A DNA stretch of 64,000 bases. It comes from an uncultured Actinomycetes bacterium (lineage in GTDB: Bacteria > Actinomycetota > UBA4738 > JBBDTT01). A program made the translations under genes and the position numbers. Below the pieces are notes generated by a model, which searched no databases, was not told the origin of the DNA, and was given only the letters and a program-made list of their open reading frames with translations. Location: the NCBI GenBank assembly GCA_963742735.1, contig CAVUMN010000004.1, positions 160,001 through 224,000 on the forward strand. The letters are read 5' to 3'. Shown here piece by piece: positions 36,159-46,004 of this stretch. Position 1 is the first letter of the stretch; the number at the start of each line of letters is the position of its first letter.

Positions 36159-37120
36159 TCCTGGTCACCGGGGGCGCGGGGTTCATCGGGAGCTCGGTCG
36201 TTCGCAACCTGCTCGACCGCGGCGAGGCCGTGCGCGTGGTGGACAACCTGTCCAAGAACCGGCCGGCCGAGGTCCCGCCCGAGGCCGACTACCTGAACGG
36301 CGACATCACCGACGCCGCCGTCGCGCGCGGAGCGTTCGACGGCGTGGAGCTCGCCTTCCACCTGGCCGCGAAGATCGGGGGGATCGGCTATTTCCACAAG
36401 TACCCGGCGACGATCCTGGACGACAACAACCTGATGCTCTCGCAGGTGTTCCGCACGGCAAGCGACGCCGGCGCGAAGGTCGTGTACGTGTCGAGCTCCA
36501 TGGTCTTCGAGCGGGCGGGCGAGTTCCCCACGCCCGAGGACGCGATCGACCGCTACCCCCCACCGTTCTCGGCGTACGGGTTCTCGAAGCTGATCGGCGA
36601 GTGGTACTGCCGCGCGTTCGCCGACGAGTTCGGCACGCGGTTCTCGATCGCCCGGCCGTTCAACGCCTACGGCCCGGGCGAGTTCCCCGAGGACGAGCCG
36701 GGGCTCGCCCACGTCATCCCCGACCTGGTGAAGAAGATCGTCGGCTCGGACGGTCCCATCGAGATCTTCGGCGACGGCTCGCAGAGCCGGAGCTTCACCT
36801 ACGTCGACGACGTGGCCGACGCGATCGTCACGATCGGCACGCACCCGGGAGGCGAGGGCGAGGACTTCAACATCGGGACCGGCGTGGAGACCTCGATCAA
36901 CGAGCTTCTGGCCCTGCTGTGGCGCGAGATCCGGGGCGAGGAGGAGCCGCGGGTGACGCACGCCGACACCCTTCCCGTCGACGTGCAGCGGCGCGTGCCC
37001 GACGTCACCAAGATCAACTCGAACCTGGGATGGCACTCGGAGGTCTCGCTCGAGGAGGGCCTGCGGCGCACGATCGACTGGTACCGCGAGCGCGGCGTCG
37101 TCCCCGCCGCGACGCGCTGA
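36155..37120 (+). CDS. NAD-dependent epimerase/dehydratase
   Basis: TGGAGFIGS, SSSMV, YGFSK, RPFNAYGP. Confidence 0.9.
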   Translation: MILVTGGAGFIGSSVVRNLLDRGEAVRVVDNLSKNRPAEVPPEADYLNGDITDAAVARGAFDGVELAFHLAAKIGGIGYFHKYPATILDDNNLMLSQVFRTASDAGAKVVYVSSSMVFERAGEFPTPEDAIDRYPPPFSAYGFSKLIGEWYCRAFADEFGTRFSIARPFNAYGPGEFPEDEPGLAHVIPDLVKKIVGSDGPIEIFGDGSQSRSFTYVDDVADAIVTIGTHPGGEGEDFNIGTGVETSINELLALLWREIRGEEEPRVTHADTLPVDVQRRVPDVTKINSNLGWHSEVSLEEGLRRTIDWYRERGVVPAATR

Positions 37121-37123
37121 GGC

Positions 37124-38605
37124 TCAGCGCTCGAGTCGCACCACGGTGATCGGCCCCTCGATCCCGCCGAACCGGCGGACCGCCGTCGGTTCGTAGCCGG
37201 CCCGCTGCAGCGCCTCCACGAGCGCGCTCGCGAACGGCAGCCGGGTCAACCCGCTGGTGACGACCCAGATCCGGGTGGGAAGGCCGGCGGCGAGCGTCCC
37301 GGGTTCGGGCATCAACGCCTCAGCCGGGAGCAGGTCGGCCTGAAGGGGCGGGTCGACCCGGTCCGCGTAGTACTCGAGGCCGACCGTCGGCAGCGGCACG
37401 TCGGGAAGCCCGAACTCGATCGCCGCGTAGACGCGCTCGCCGGGGCCGGTCTGGGTAGCGAGGTAGCCGGTCGCGCCTCGCCAGTCCTCCCGGTTCGGTC
37501 CCGCGTAGAGGAAGCCGAGGATGGTCACGCTCGCGACGAGCAGCACCGCCACGGCGATCCGACCGGTGACCGGCCGGAGCGCGTTCAGCCCGGCCGCCGC
37601 GACCAGGACCAGCGCCGGGAGCGAGCCCACCAGGTAGCGCGCGACCAGCAGCGGCTTGACGAACGACACGGCGATCACGACCAGGATGGGCAGCGCCGCC
37701 CACAACAGCACGAGCCTCGACCGCCACCGCATGAGGGGGTCCGCGTCGGCGAACCGAGCTCGTCGCACCAGCGCGGAGATGCCGAGCGCCCCGGCGCCCG
37801 CGTACAGCACGAGCTGGGCGATCCGCAGCCATACGGGGACGATCACCAACCCCTGCGTGAACGAGTTGGCGTTCTCGTAGACCCAGCGCGGGCCCAGCGC
37901 AGGGACCCACTCCACCAGGCCGCCGGCCTGGCTCAGGCTGGCCACGGCCAGCGGCGCCAGCAGGACGGCAGCGGCGGCGGCCGAGGGCAGCGCCCGCCGC
38001 CACGGGATCCGCTCGCGCGGCAGGGACGGCAGCGACGCCGCATGCACCACGGGGATCAGCCCGGCGTAGGCATGCGCGTACACCCCGAGCACGGTGAGCA
38101 CCGTGTACGCGATCCATCGGGCCGCGGACGGCTCCTCGATCGCCCGGACGAACGCCAGCGTCGACGCCGTCGCCAGGAACGCCACCAGCGTGTAGGGACG
38201 GGCCTCCCGCGCCAGGGAGATCAGGAACGGCTGGGCGGCCAGCAGGAGCCCGCCGATCAACGCAACCCGAGGACCGGCCAGACGACGGGCGAGCGCGACG
38301 AAGACGGGGACCGTGGCAACGGCCCACAGGGCCGAGAACCCGCGGAGCGCGGCCTCGCTGGTGCCGATCGTGCTCCACGCCCGCATCAGCAAGTAGTACA
38401 GGCCCAGGTTGGCGCTGTGCCCCGTGACGACGTCGGCGAAGGTCCCGGCGTCGACCCGCACGGCCCACGCCGTGAGCGCCTCATCCATCCACAGGCTCCG
38501 TGCGCCGATGAACGCGAAGACGGCCACCCCGGTTCCGAACGTCAGGGCGAGGGTGGTCCGAGCGAGGCCGTTCGAGGTGCCGGATGCCGAACGGTTGTCG
38601 CTCAC
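37124..38605 (-). CDS. GT-C (GT39/PMT-like) membrane glycosyltransferase
   Basis: RSLWMDEA, LYYLLM, SEAALRGFS, EARPY; multiple TM segments. Confidence 0.85.
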   Translation of the reverse strand: MSDNRSASGTSNGLARTTLALTFGTGVAVFAFIGARSLWMDEALTAWAVRVDAGTFADVVTGHSANLGLYYLLMRAWSTIGTSEAALRGFSALWAVATVPVFVALARRLAGPRVALIGGLLLAAQPFLISLAREARPYTLVAFLATASTLAFVRAIEEPSAARWIAYTVLTVLGVYAHAYAGLIPVVHAASLPSLPRERIPWRRALPSAAAAAVLLAPLAVASLSQAGGLVEWVPALGPRWVYENANSFTQGLVIVPVWLRIAQLVLYAGAGALGISALVRRARFADADPLMRWRSRLVLLWAALPILVVIAVSFVKPLLVARYLVGSLPALVLVAAAGLNALRPVTGRIAVAVLLVASVTILGFLYAGPNREDWRGATGYLATQTGPGERVYAAIEFGLPDVPLPTVGLEYYADRVDPPLQADLLPAEALMPEPGTLAAGLPTRIWVVTSGLTRLPFASALVEALQRAGYEPTAVRRFGGIEGPITVVRLER

Positions 38606-39408
38606 CTGATCCCGCGCCGGATCCTCTGTTCGTGGTGTCGCTCGGCCTGCTTGGACGCCCGCGCCGGCAGCCGGCCGAACGCCCGCACGTCGTAGGACCG
38701 GCCGAGCTTCCAGATCGGGCCCGGCACGGTCGCGCGGGACCGCAGCGGGACGTCCAGGACGTGCCACGCCCGTCCCCGACGGAGGAAACGCCTGATGAGC
38801 GGAAAGAGCTCGAGCTCGAGTCGAGTCAGGCTCGACTCGGGGCGGTAGGTCACGAACATCGTGTTGTCGATCAATCGCGGTTCCCGAAAGGGCGAGCTCA
38901 GCGCGAAGACGTACTCCCGAAGCATCCGGTTCACCCCACCCCAGAAGGGGTCGTTGATCCCGACGATCGCGCCCTCGGTGAGCTTCGGGCGCCAGGCGAT
39001 GACGTCCCGCATCGCGCCATCGTAGGTGTGGTCTCCGTCAAGAAAGAGGAGGTCCACCGTCGCCGGGTCGACACGGTCGCTCGCCTGAGCCGATCCAACC
39101 GACCACGCCTCCACCACGTCGTCGACGGCCTTGCCGCGAAGGTTGGCCCGCAGCTTCTCGAACTGTTCGGGAGGTTGGGGATCGACGGTGACCACTCGTC
39201 CCGCGCCACGTGCCTTCGCCCCGAGACCCATGACGATCGCCGAGCGCCCCAGGTACGACCCGAGGTCGACCAGGAGGGGCGTGGGGCGATCGCCCCCGAC
39301 CGACTGGGCATGCTGGAAGAGCGCCCAGGCCTCGTTCTCCGTCAGCCAGCCCTCCACGTCCTGGAGCAGACGCATCAGGTCTCCCGAGCGGCCGAGAGAC
39401 CGGCTCAT
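38602..39408 (-). CDS. Class I SAM methyltransferase (Methyltransf_24-like)
   Basis: VEGWL, DLGSYLGRS, LFLDGDHTY. Confidence 0.85.
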   Translation of the reverse strand: MSRSLGRSGDLMRLLQDVEGWLTENEAWALFQHAQSVGGDRPTPLLVDLGSYLGRSAIVMGLGAKARGAGRVVTVDPQPPEQFEKLRANLRGKAVDDVVEAWSVGSAQASDRVDPATVDLLFLDGDHTYDGAMRDVIAWRPKLTEGAIVGINDPFWGGVNRMLREYVFALSSPFREPRLIDNTMFVTYRPESSLTRLELELFPLIRRFLRRGRAWHVLDVPLRSRATVPGPIWKLGRSYDVRAFGRLPARASKQAERHHEQRIRRGIR

Positions 39409-39484
39409 CGACTTCGAGGAACGACGGTGGCGCCCACCGGCTGAGGATAGCCGGAGGCGCCTCGGTTCCCGTTCGTCCAGGCGA

Positions 39485-39844
39485 TCAGGCGGCGAGGCCG
39501 AAGCGGCGGTTGACGGCGTCGCTCGGCGGGGCGCCGAGCGCGTCGACCAGCCGCAGCGCCGCGCGGTTCAGGCGCTTGCGCGCCGCGGCGGTGGAGAGCT
39601 TCGCGCCCACCGACGCGTCCTCCAGGCCGAGGTAGGCGTAGGACAGCCCGGGGGCCAGGTCCCACACCCACAGCCGGCCGAAGGTGTTGCCGCCGGTCAC
39701 GGGCATGACCCGTTCGCCCAGCGCGCCCGGGAAGCGGCGCGTGTGGCCGGCGCTCAGCCCCGCCTTGCGGGCCTGCGTGCGGGCGGCGCGGAGCACCGAG
39801 GCGGCGTCCGCGTTCACGATCCTCTGTGCGAATCCGTAGGGCAT
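39485..39844 (-). CDS. Hypothetical protein downstream of tetR
   Basis: 119-aa ORF with AAAGGAG RBS. Confidence 0.7.
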   Translation of the reverse strand: MPYGFAQRIVNADAASVLRAARTQARKAGLSAGHTRRFPGALGERVMPVTGGNTFGRLWVWDLAPGLSYAYLGLEDASVGAKLSTAAARKRLNRAALRLVDALGAPPSDAVNRRFGLAA

Positions 39845-39868
39845 TGGTTCGCTCCTTTCGACTTCGGG

Positions 39869-40525
39869 TTACAGCGCGCCGCGGCCGACGACCGCCGACA
39901 GCGCCATGCAGACCAGCAGGTCGACCAGGACGTCGGCGACCTCTTCGACTTCGGATGGGCTCTGGGACCGAACGACCTCGGACCCGAGTTCGGTGAACGC
40001 CCCGACCAGGGCTCTGGCCAGAACGCGGGTGTTCACGGGGGGCAGCTGGCCGGCCACCTGAGCCTCGTCCAGGCTCACCTGTACCAGCGCCGCGAACCGG
40101 TCGGTCGCCTCGGCGCGCTTGCGCTCGAGGAGCTCGTGGGTCCCGCCGGGGTGCGCGAACACCAGGCGGGCCGACTGGAGCTCGTGGCATCCGCGGAGGA
40201 ACGCGCGCACGCCGGCCGCCAGGCGGTCCAGAGGCTCGGTCTCCTCGACGGCGGCGGCGAGGGCCCGCGAGTAGAGGGCCTCGGCGAGCTCGTCGTGGAG
40301 CACCTCGAACACCGCGTCCTTGCTCGGGAAGTGGAAGTAGAAGCCGCCCTTCGACAGGCCGGAGGCCCGGACCACGTCGTCGACCGAGGTCGCGTGGTAG
40401 CCCTGGCGAGAGAACTCCTCACGGGCCGCGTCCAGGATCCGCCGGCGCGTGGCCTCGCGAGTGACGTCGTTGCGGGGCCGGCCGCGCCGGCGGACGAGCG
40501 GCGCCTCAGCGACGGTCGTGTTCAT
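39869..40525 (-). CDS. TetR/AcrR family regulator
   Basis: RILDAA, GYHATSVDDV, SKGGFYFHFPSK; start is 40525 or 40531. Confidence 0.92.
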   Translation of the reverse strand: MNTTVAEAPLVRRRGRPRNDVTREATRRRILDAAREEFSRQGYHATSVDDVVRASGLSKGGFYFHFPSKDAVFEVLHDELAEALYSRALAAAVEETEPLDRLAAGVRAFLRGCHELQSARLVFAHPGGTHELLERKRAEATDRFAALVQVSLDEAQVAGQLPPVNTRVLARALVGAFTELGSEVVRSQSPSEVEEVADVLVDLLVCMALSAVVGRGAL

Positions 40526-40532
40526 GCCCATG

Positions 40533-40562
40533 AATTTACAGACCGACTGGTCGGTCTGTCAA
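40533..40562 (-). promoter_or_regulatory. tetR promoter with palindromic operator
   Basis: TTGACA, 18-nt spacer, TAAATT; perfect inverted repeat ACAGACCGAC-tg-GTCGGTCTGT (40538-40559). Confidence 0.8.
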
Positions 40563-40578
40563 TGTGACGTCCGTCACA
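40563..40578. promoter_or_regulatory. CRP/GlxR-type site
   Basis: Exact TGTGA-N6-TCACA. Confidence 0.65.
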
Positions 40579-40691
40579 GCGCGCTGGGATCGTGCTCAGG
40601 ACCCCCGAATGCCGGGCCCGCGAAGGAATCGGGCCGGGGTGCGGCGAAATGCTCCCATTCGCCCGCCCGTTCGCTCACCAGGAGAGCCCGC

Positions 40692-41759
40692 GTGACCCGA
40701 CTCAAGCCCGCCCTGCTGGTCCTGATCGCCCTGACGCTGCTGCTGCCCGCCGCCCCCGCCGCCGCCCGGGGCGAGGCGACGCGCCCGCTGCGTGCCCACG
40801 CGGTGGACCGGGGCGTGTACCTGGGGACGATGATCGCGAGCATCGGCCAGCGCTACCGCGGCGAGGAGTCGAACGACAAGCAGTTCCTGCGCCGCGCCTG
40901 CGTCGAGTTCAACATGCTGACTCCGGGCAACGCCCTGAAGTTCGGCGTCGTCCAGCCGAACCGCGGCGCCTTCAACTGGATGCCGGCCGAGGACCTGATG
41001 ACCACGGCCTCCCACTGCGGGATGCGCGTCGTCGGCAACGCCCTCGTGTGGCACGAGCAACTCCCGAGCTGGGTGTACCGATACGACGGTCAGCCACTGA
41101 AGGTTCGGGAGATCCTCAAGCAGCACATCACCCAGGTCGTCCGCCACTTCGCCGGCCGGATCGCCGTGTGGGACGTGGTGAACGAGGCCGTCATGCCGGA
41201 CGGGTCCCTGCGAAACACGTTCTGGCTCCGGAACCTCGGCCCGGGCTACATCGCCGACGCGTTCCGCTGGGCCCACAAGGCCGACCCCGCGGCCAAGCTC
41301 TACTACAACGACTACGGCAACGAGGCCTTCAGCCACAAGAGCAACGCGGTGTACAACTGGGTGAAAGCCTGGCTCGCCCAGCGCGCACCGATCGACGGCG
41401 TGGGGATGCAGGTCCACACCACGATCTACGGCGCCTCCTGGAGGGCGATCGCCGGGAACATGCGCCGCTACGCCGCGCTGCGCCTGGCCACTCGCGTGAG
41501 CGAGATGGACGTCTCACTGATCCGGCCGGTCGGACCGGGGCAGCGCGCCGCCCAGGCGTGGGTCTTCTACAACACCGCCAAGGCTTGCTTCTCGCTGGGA
41601 ACGAACTGCCGGATGTTCACGGTGTGGGGGTTCACCGACCGGTACTGGGGCGACACGAGGACCGGAAAGGGCCGTTGCTGCGGCCTCTTGTTCGACCACG
41701 ACTACAAGCGCAAGCCCGCCTACTACGCCGTCCAAGCCGGTATTTCCCACGCCGAGTGA
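40692..41759 (+). CDS. Secreted glycoside hydrolase family 10
   Basis: Signal peptide; LVWH, WDVVNE, LYYNDY, IDGVGMQ.H, VSEMDV, TVWG. Confidence 0.88.
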   Translation: MTRLKPALLVLIALTLLLPAAPAAARGEATRPLRAHAVDRGVYLGTMIASIGQRYRGEESNDKQFLRRACVEFNMLTPGNALKFGVVQPNRGAFNWMPAEDLMTTASHCGMRVVGNALVWHEQLPSWVYRYDGQPLKVREILKQHITQVVRHFAGRIAVWDVVNEAVMPDGSLRNTFWLRNLGPGYIADAFRWAHKADPAAKLYYNDYGNEAFSHKSNAVYNWVKAWLAQRAPIDGVGMQVHTTIYGASWRAIAGNMRRYAALRLATRVSEMDVSLIRPVGPGQRAAQAWVFYNTAKACFSLGTNCRMFTVWGFTDRYWGDTRTGKGRCCGLLFDHDYKRKPAYYAVQAGISHAE

Positions 41760-42589
41760 CCTCCCGGGCCCGGGCGCGTCTGTCCTCGCTCGGGACCCGC
41801 CTCCGCCGAAGCCGTCACGAACGCCGCCTCGACCGGGAGGACCGCGCCGCCCGGAAGCGCGACCCGCTGCTGCCGCCCCGCCGGCTCCGGGACCGGGTCG
41901 GCTGGGGGGACTTTCACGGAACGGGCCGGATGTTCGCGGACGCCTTCGTGACCCTCGCCGAGATCGGCCCCCAGGAACGGATCCTGGACCTCGGGTGCGG
42001 CTGTGCCCGGCTGGCCATCCCGCTGATGGACCACCTGTCGGGGACCGGCGCCTACGAGGGGCTCGACGTCATGGCGGAGGCCATCGACTGGGCGTCGGCC
42101 GCGATCACGCCCCGCGCGCCTCGGTTCCGGTTCCAGGTGGCCGACGTCCGCAATGCCTCCTACAACCCGGAGGGCTCGACGGCCGCCGCCGACTACCGCT
42201 TCCCCTATCCGGACGCCGCTTTCGACGTCGCCCTGGCCAACTCGCTGTTCACGCACATGCTGCCGGACGACGTGACCAACTACCTGGGCGAGCTGCAACG
42301 CGTGCTGCGGCCGGGCGGGCGGGCGGTCGTGACGTATTTCCTGATGGACGAGGCGACGCGGGCCCTGGTCGAGGCGGGACGGGCGAGCATCGACATGCGC
42401 CACCACGTGCCTCCGTACTGGACGGCCACTCCCGACAGGCCGGAGCGCGCACTGGGCTATGAGGAGTCCTACGTCCGCGACCTCCACGAACGGGCGGGCC
42501 TGCCCATCCGGAGCCTGTCGCACGGGGGATGGCGCGACGGGTCCGAGGGCGCCCTGTTCCAGGACGTCGTCCTCGCCGACCGGCCCTGA
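41756..42589 (+). CDS. Class I SAM methyltransferase
   Basis: ILDLGCGCARLA, YNP, FPY.D, SLFTHM, FQDVV. Confidence 0.85.
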   Translation: MTSRARARLSSLGTRLRRSRHERRLDREDRAARKRDPLLPPRRLRDRVGWGDFHGTGRMFADAFVTLAEIGPQERILDLGCGCARLAIPLMDHLSGTGAYEGLDVMAEAIDWASAAITPRAPRFRFQVADVRNASYNPEGSTAAADYRFPYPDAAFDVALANSLFTHMLPDDVTNYLGELQRVLRPGGRAVVTYFLMDEATRALVEAGRASIDMRHHVPPYWTATPDRPERALGYEESYVRDLHERAGLPIRSLSHGGWRDGSEGALFQDVVLADRP

Positions 42590-42594
42590 GAACG

Positions 42595-42629
42595 CAGAAG
42601 GCCCCCCCGCGTACCGGGAGGGCCCTCTG
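42595..42629 (-). terminator. Hairpin terminator after groEL
   Basis: Minus strand CAGAGGGCCCTCCCG-gtacg-CGGGGGGGCCTTCTG, between convergent genes. Confidence 0.7.
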
Positions 42630-42648
42630 TGATTCGGGGACGCGGACC

Positions 42649-44280
42649 TTAGAACTCGTCCATGCCTCCGCCGGGCATCGCGGGCATGGCCGGGGCCTTC
42701 TCCGGCTTGTCCGCGATCAGGGCCTCGGTCGTGAGGAACAGCGCGGCGATGGACGCGGCGTTCTGGAGGGCCGACCGGGTGACCTTCGCCGGGTCGATGA
42801 TGCCCGCCTTGACCATGTCCACGTACTCGCCGGTGGCCGCGTTGAGGCCGTTGGCGCCGCCCTTCTTTTCGATGAGCGCCCGCACCTTCTCGACCACCAC
42901 GCCACCCTCGAGGCCGGCGTTGTGCGCGATCTGCTTGAGCGGCTCCTCAAGGGCCTTGCGCACGATCAGCGCGCCGGTCGCCTCGTCACCCGTCAGGTCG
43001 AGCTTGTCGAGGCCCGGCTGCGCGGTGACCAGGGCCACGCCGCCGCCGGGGACGATGCCCTCCTCGACGGCCGCCTTGGTCGCCGAGACGGCGTCCTCGA
43101 TGCGGTGCTTCTTCTCCTTGAGCTCGACCTCGGTCGCCGCCCCGACCTTGATCACGGCCACGCCGCCGGACAGCTTCGCGAGGCGCTCCTGGAGCTTCTC
43201 GCGGTCGTAGTCCGAGTCGGTCTTGTCGATCTCGGCCTTGATCTGGTTGATCCGGCCCTTGATCTGCTCGGCGTCGCCGGCGCCCTCCACGATGGTCGTC
43301 TCGTCCTTGGTGACGACGATCTTGCGGGCGGTGCCGAGCATGTCGAGCGTGGTGTTCTCGAGCTTCAGGCCGACCTCCTCGGAGATGACCTGGCCGCCCG
43401 CGAGGATCGCGATGTCCTGGAGCATCGCCTTGCGGCGGTCTCCGAACCCGGGGGCCTTCACCGCGACGGACTTGAACGTGCCGCGGATCTTGTTGACCAC
43501 CAGGGTGGACAGGGCCTCACCGTCGACGTCCTCGGAGATGATCACGAGCGGCTTGCCCGACTGCATGACCTTCTCGAGGACCGGGAGCAGGTCCTTGACC
43601 GCGGAGATCTTCGAGTTCGCGAGCAGGACGTAGGGGTCCTCGAGGACCGCCTCCATCCGCTCGGGGTCGGTCACGAAGTACGCCGAGATGAAGCCCTTGT
43701 CGAAGCGCATGCCCTCGACGAGCTCGAGCTCCATGCCGAAGGTCTGCGACTCCTCGACCGTGATGACGCCGTCCTTGCCGACCTTGTCCATGGCCTCGGC
43801 GATCTGGGCACCGATCTCGGGGTCGCCGGCGGAGATGGAGGCCACGTGGGCGATCTCGTCCTTCTCCTCGACGTCGCGGGCCTGGTTCATGATCGCCTCG
43901 ACGGCGGCCTCGGTCGCGGCCTCGATGCCACGCTTGAGCGACATCGGGTTGGCGCCGGCGGCCACGTTGCGCAGCCCCTCCTTGACCATGGCCTGCGCCA
44001 GGACGGTCGCCGTCGTCGTGCCGTCGCCGGCCACGTCGTTGGTCTTCTTCGCGACCTCCTTGACGAGCTCGGCCCCGATCTTCTCCTGCGGGTCCTCGAG
44101 CTCGATCTCCTTGGCGATCGACACGCCGTCGTTGGTGATCGTCGGCGCGCCCCACTTCTTCTCGAGGACGACGTTGCGGCCCTTCGGCCCGAGGGTGATC
44201 CGGACCGCGTTGGCGAGCTGGTCCATGCCCCGCTCGAGGCCGCGCCGCGCCTCCTCTGCGAACGTGATGATCTTCGACAT
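42649..44280 (-). CDS. groEL: Chaperonin GroEL
   Basis: [37 protein letters not shown]-type tail. Confidence 0.98.
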   Translation of the reverse strand: MSKIITFAEEARRGLERGMDQLANAVRITLGPKGRNVVLEKKWGAPTITNDGVSIAKEIELEDPQEKIGAELVKEVAKKTNDVAGDGTTTATVLAQAMVKEGLRNVAAGANPMSLKRGIEAATEAAVEAIMNQARDVEEKDEIAHVASISAGDPEIGAQIAEAMDKVGKDGVITVEESQTFGMELELVEGMRFDKGFISAYFVTDPERMEAVLEDPYVLLANSKISAVKDLLPVLEKVMQSGKPLVIISEDVDGEALSTLVVNKIRGTFKSVAVKAPGFGDRRKAMLQDIAILAGGQVISEEVGLKLENTTLDMLGTARKIVVTKDETTIVEGAGDAEQIKGRINQIKAEIDKTDSDYDREKLQERLAKLSGGVAVIKVGAATEVELKEKKHRIEDAVSATKAAVEEGIVPGGGVALVTAQPGLDKLDLTGDEATGALIVRKALEEPLKQIAHNAGLEGGVVVEKVRALIEKKGGANGLNAATGEYVDMVKAGIIDPAKVTRSALQNAASIAALFLTTEALIADKPEKAPAMPAMPGGGMDEF

Positions 44281-44319
44281 GTGGCTCCTCCTGTAGACCC
44301 TGCGAAAAGGTGACGGTGA

Positions 44320-44346
44320 CTGGCACTCTCGCAGGGAGAGTGCTAA
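44320..44346. promoter_or_regulatory. CIRCE element (HrcA operator)
   Basis: CTGGCACTC-N9-GAGTGCTAA, directly downstream of the TAGAAT -10 of groEL. Confidence 0.92.
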
Positions 44347-44364
44347 CCGCGATTCTAGGAGCCC

Positions 44365-45222
44365 TCAGCGCGATCCGGCAACCCGGACCCACACCCCGCG
44401 GGCGCTCAGCAGGGCCCGGCCCCATGTGGCGTTGTGGCGCCGGAACCGAGCGACGTCCGCCTCGGTGAGCCCGGCCTCGATCCGCAGCGCGGCGAAACGG
44501 ACGAGGGCGGCCCGGTACAGGACCTCGTCCAGGCGGGTGCAAAGGCCGATCAGCCCCTCGAGCTCGGGGGAGGGCGGATCCCGCTCGGCCTCCGCGGCCG
44601 GCCGCGGCGCGCCGACGTTTCGGCGGACGTACCAGGGCGGCCGGGTCCAGCCCAGCCGGCGGGCCATCAGGAGCAGGCTCTCGTCGAACCGCTCGGTGAT
44701 CCCGATGATCGGGACGGTCTCGAGGTTGGCCAGGGCGCGCTCCAGCGTGGCGTCGGCCGCCTCGCCGAACGGCAGGTGCGGGTCCTCGCCCAGGAACCGA
44801 ACCTGGGCGTTGTCCATCTCCGGCATCAGCCCGGCTTCGAGGAACCCTTGGAGCGAGAGGCCGCGGCGGGCGATCGCCTCGTGGAAGGGGTGGGCCGGCG
44901 TGGCCGCCGCGAAGCGATAGGCGGAGGTCAGGCGCGCGCGGGGCTCGCGGAGCATCGTGGCGTACACGGCGGGCCGGCCAAGCTCGCGATGCAGCCCGTA
45001 GGCCATGTGCCCGAAGAACAGCCGGTGCGCCGGCGTCCGGCGCTCGCGGAGCCGCCGGTAGGCCTCCTCGCCGGGCCAGAACGCCCCGCCCATCGCGAAC
45101 CGCTCCCGGGCGGGAAACTGGCGGGCCAGGACGCGGCCGAGGGTCGTGCCCGCGGTCTTCGGCAGGTGGACGAACACGAGCGCGGCGGAGCCGCCCGGGC
45201 CGGCCTCGCTCGGCTCGGTCAT
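44365..45222 (-). CDS. Sulfotransferase family 2 protein
   Basis: FVHLPKTAGTT (5'-PSB), LREPRARLTS (3'-PB), GITERFDES. Confidence 0.85.
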   Translation of the reverse strand: MTEPSEAGPGGSAALVFVHLPKTAGTTLGRVLARQFPARERFAMGGAFWPGEEAYRRLRERRTPAHRLFFGHMAYGLHRELGRPAVYATMLREPRARLTSAYRFAAATPAHPFHEAIARRGLSLQGFLEAGLMPEMDNAQVRFLGEDPHLPFGEAADATLERALANLETVPIIGITERFDESLLLMARRLGWTRPPWYVRRNVGAPRPAAEAERDPPSPELEGLIGLCTRLDEVLYRAALVRFAALRIEAGLTEADVARFRRHNATWGRALLSARGVWVRVAGSR

Positions 45223-46004
45223 CGCCGAGCCAGAACGCCCGCGACCGAGTAGGCGGCGTTCGCGGCCCGGAACGCCGCCAGGCGCACGGCGGCAGCTGGC
45301 AAGGCGCGCAGCTGCTCCTCGAGCCGGGCCGCGGCGAACGCGTGGAGCTCGGCGTCGTGGAGGTTGGCGTCCCGGACGGCGGCCAGGTCCTGGGGCGTGA
45401 CCGTGGTCCGGGGCTCGCGGGTCACGTTGCGATTGAGATACACGATCCGCCGCCGCCACCCGAGCGCGGCCCGCATCACGAGCAGCGAGGCGTCGAAACG
45501 CTCCGAGACGCCGGCCACCGCGAACCGCTCCCGCAGGTTCCGTTTCGCGGCCTCCAGGTGGTCACGGGTCACCGAGCCGAACTCGACGAACGGCTCGCCG
45601 GACAGCAGCCTGACCTGGCCGTTGTCGAGCTCCAGCGAGGTCCGCTCGAGGACGTAGTCGCCGACGGTCATGCCCGGCCGGATCCGGTCGTGGAGCTCGT
45701 GGTCCGGGTAGCCCTTCACGAAGTGAAAATGGGAGATCACCCGTTCGACGGGCTCGCGGATCATGGTCACGTAGGTCGTCGGCGAACGGAGCCATTCGTG
45801 CAGCCCGAACGGCATGTGTCCCATCAGGAACCGGACGCGGTGGCGGCGTTCCTCCGGCCAGGCCTTGAAGGCGGCGATGCTCTCCCAGATCGGCAGGCGG
45901 ATGACATGGGTCTCGGCCGGGTCGTACTGGCGGACCATGACGCCCCGCAGGGTGGACCCCGCGGCCTTCGGGATGTGGACGAACACCACGGTGGGCGTCG
46001 TCAC
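45219..46004 (-). CDS. Sulfotransferase family 2 protein
   Basis: FVHIPKAAGST, IREPVERVIS, DNGQVR, GVSERFDAS. Confidence 0.85.
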   Translation of the reverse strand: MTTPTVVFVHIPKAAGSTLRGVMVRQYDPAETHVIRLPIWESIAAFKAWPEERRHRVRFLMGHMPFGLHEWLRSPTTYVTMIREPVERVISHFHFVKGYPDHELHDRIRPGMTVGDYVLERTSLELDNGQVRLLSGEPFVEFGSVTRDHLEAAKRNLRERFAVAGVSERFDASLLVMRAALGWRRRIVYLNRNVTREPRTTVTPQDLAAVRDANLHDAELHAFAAARLEEQLRALPAAAVRLAAFRAANAAYSVAGVLARR

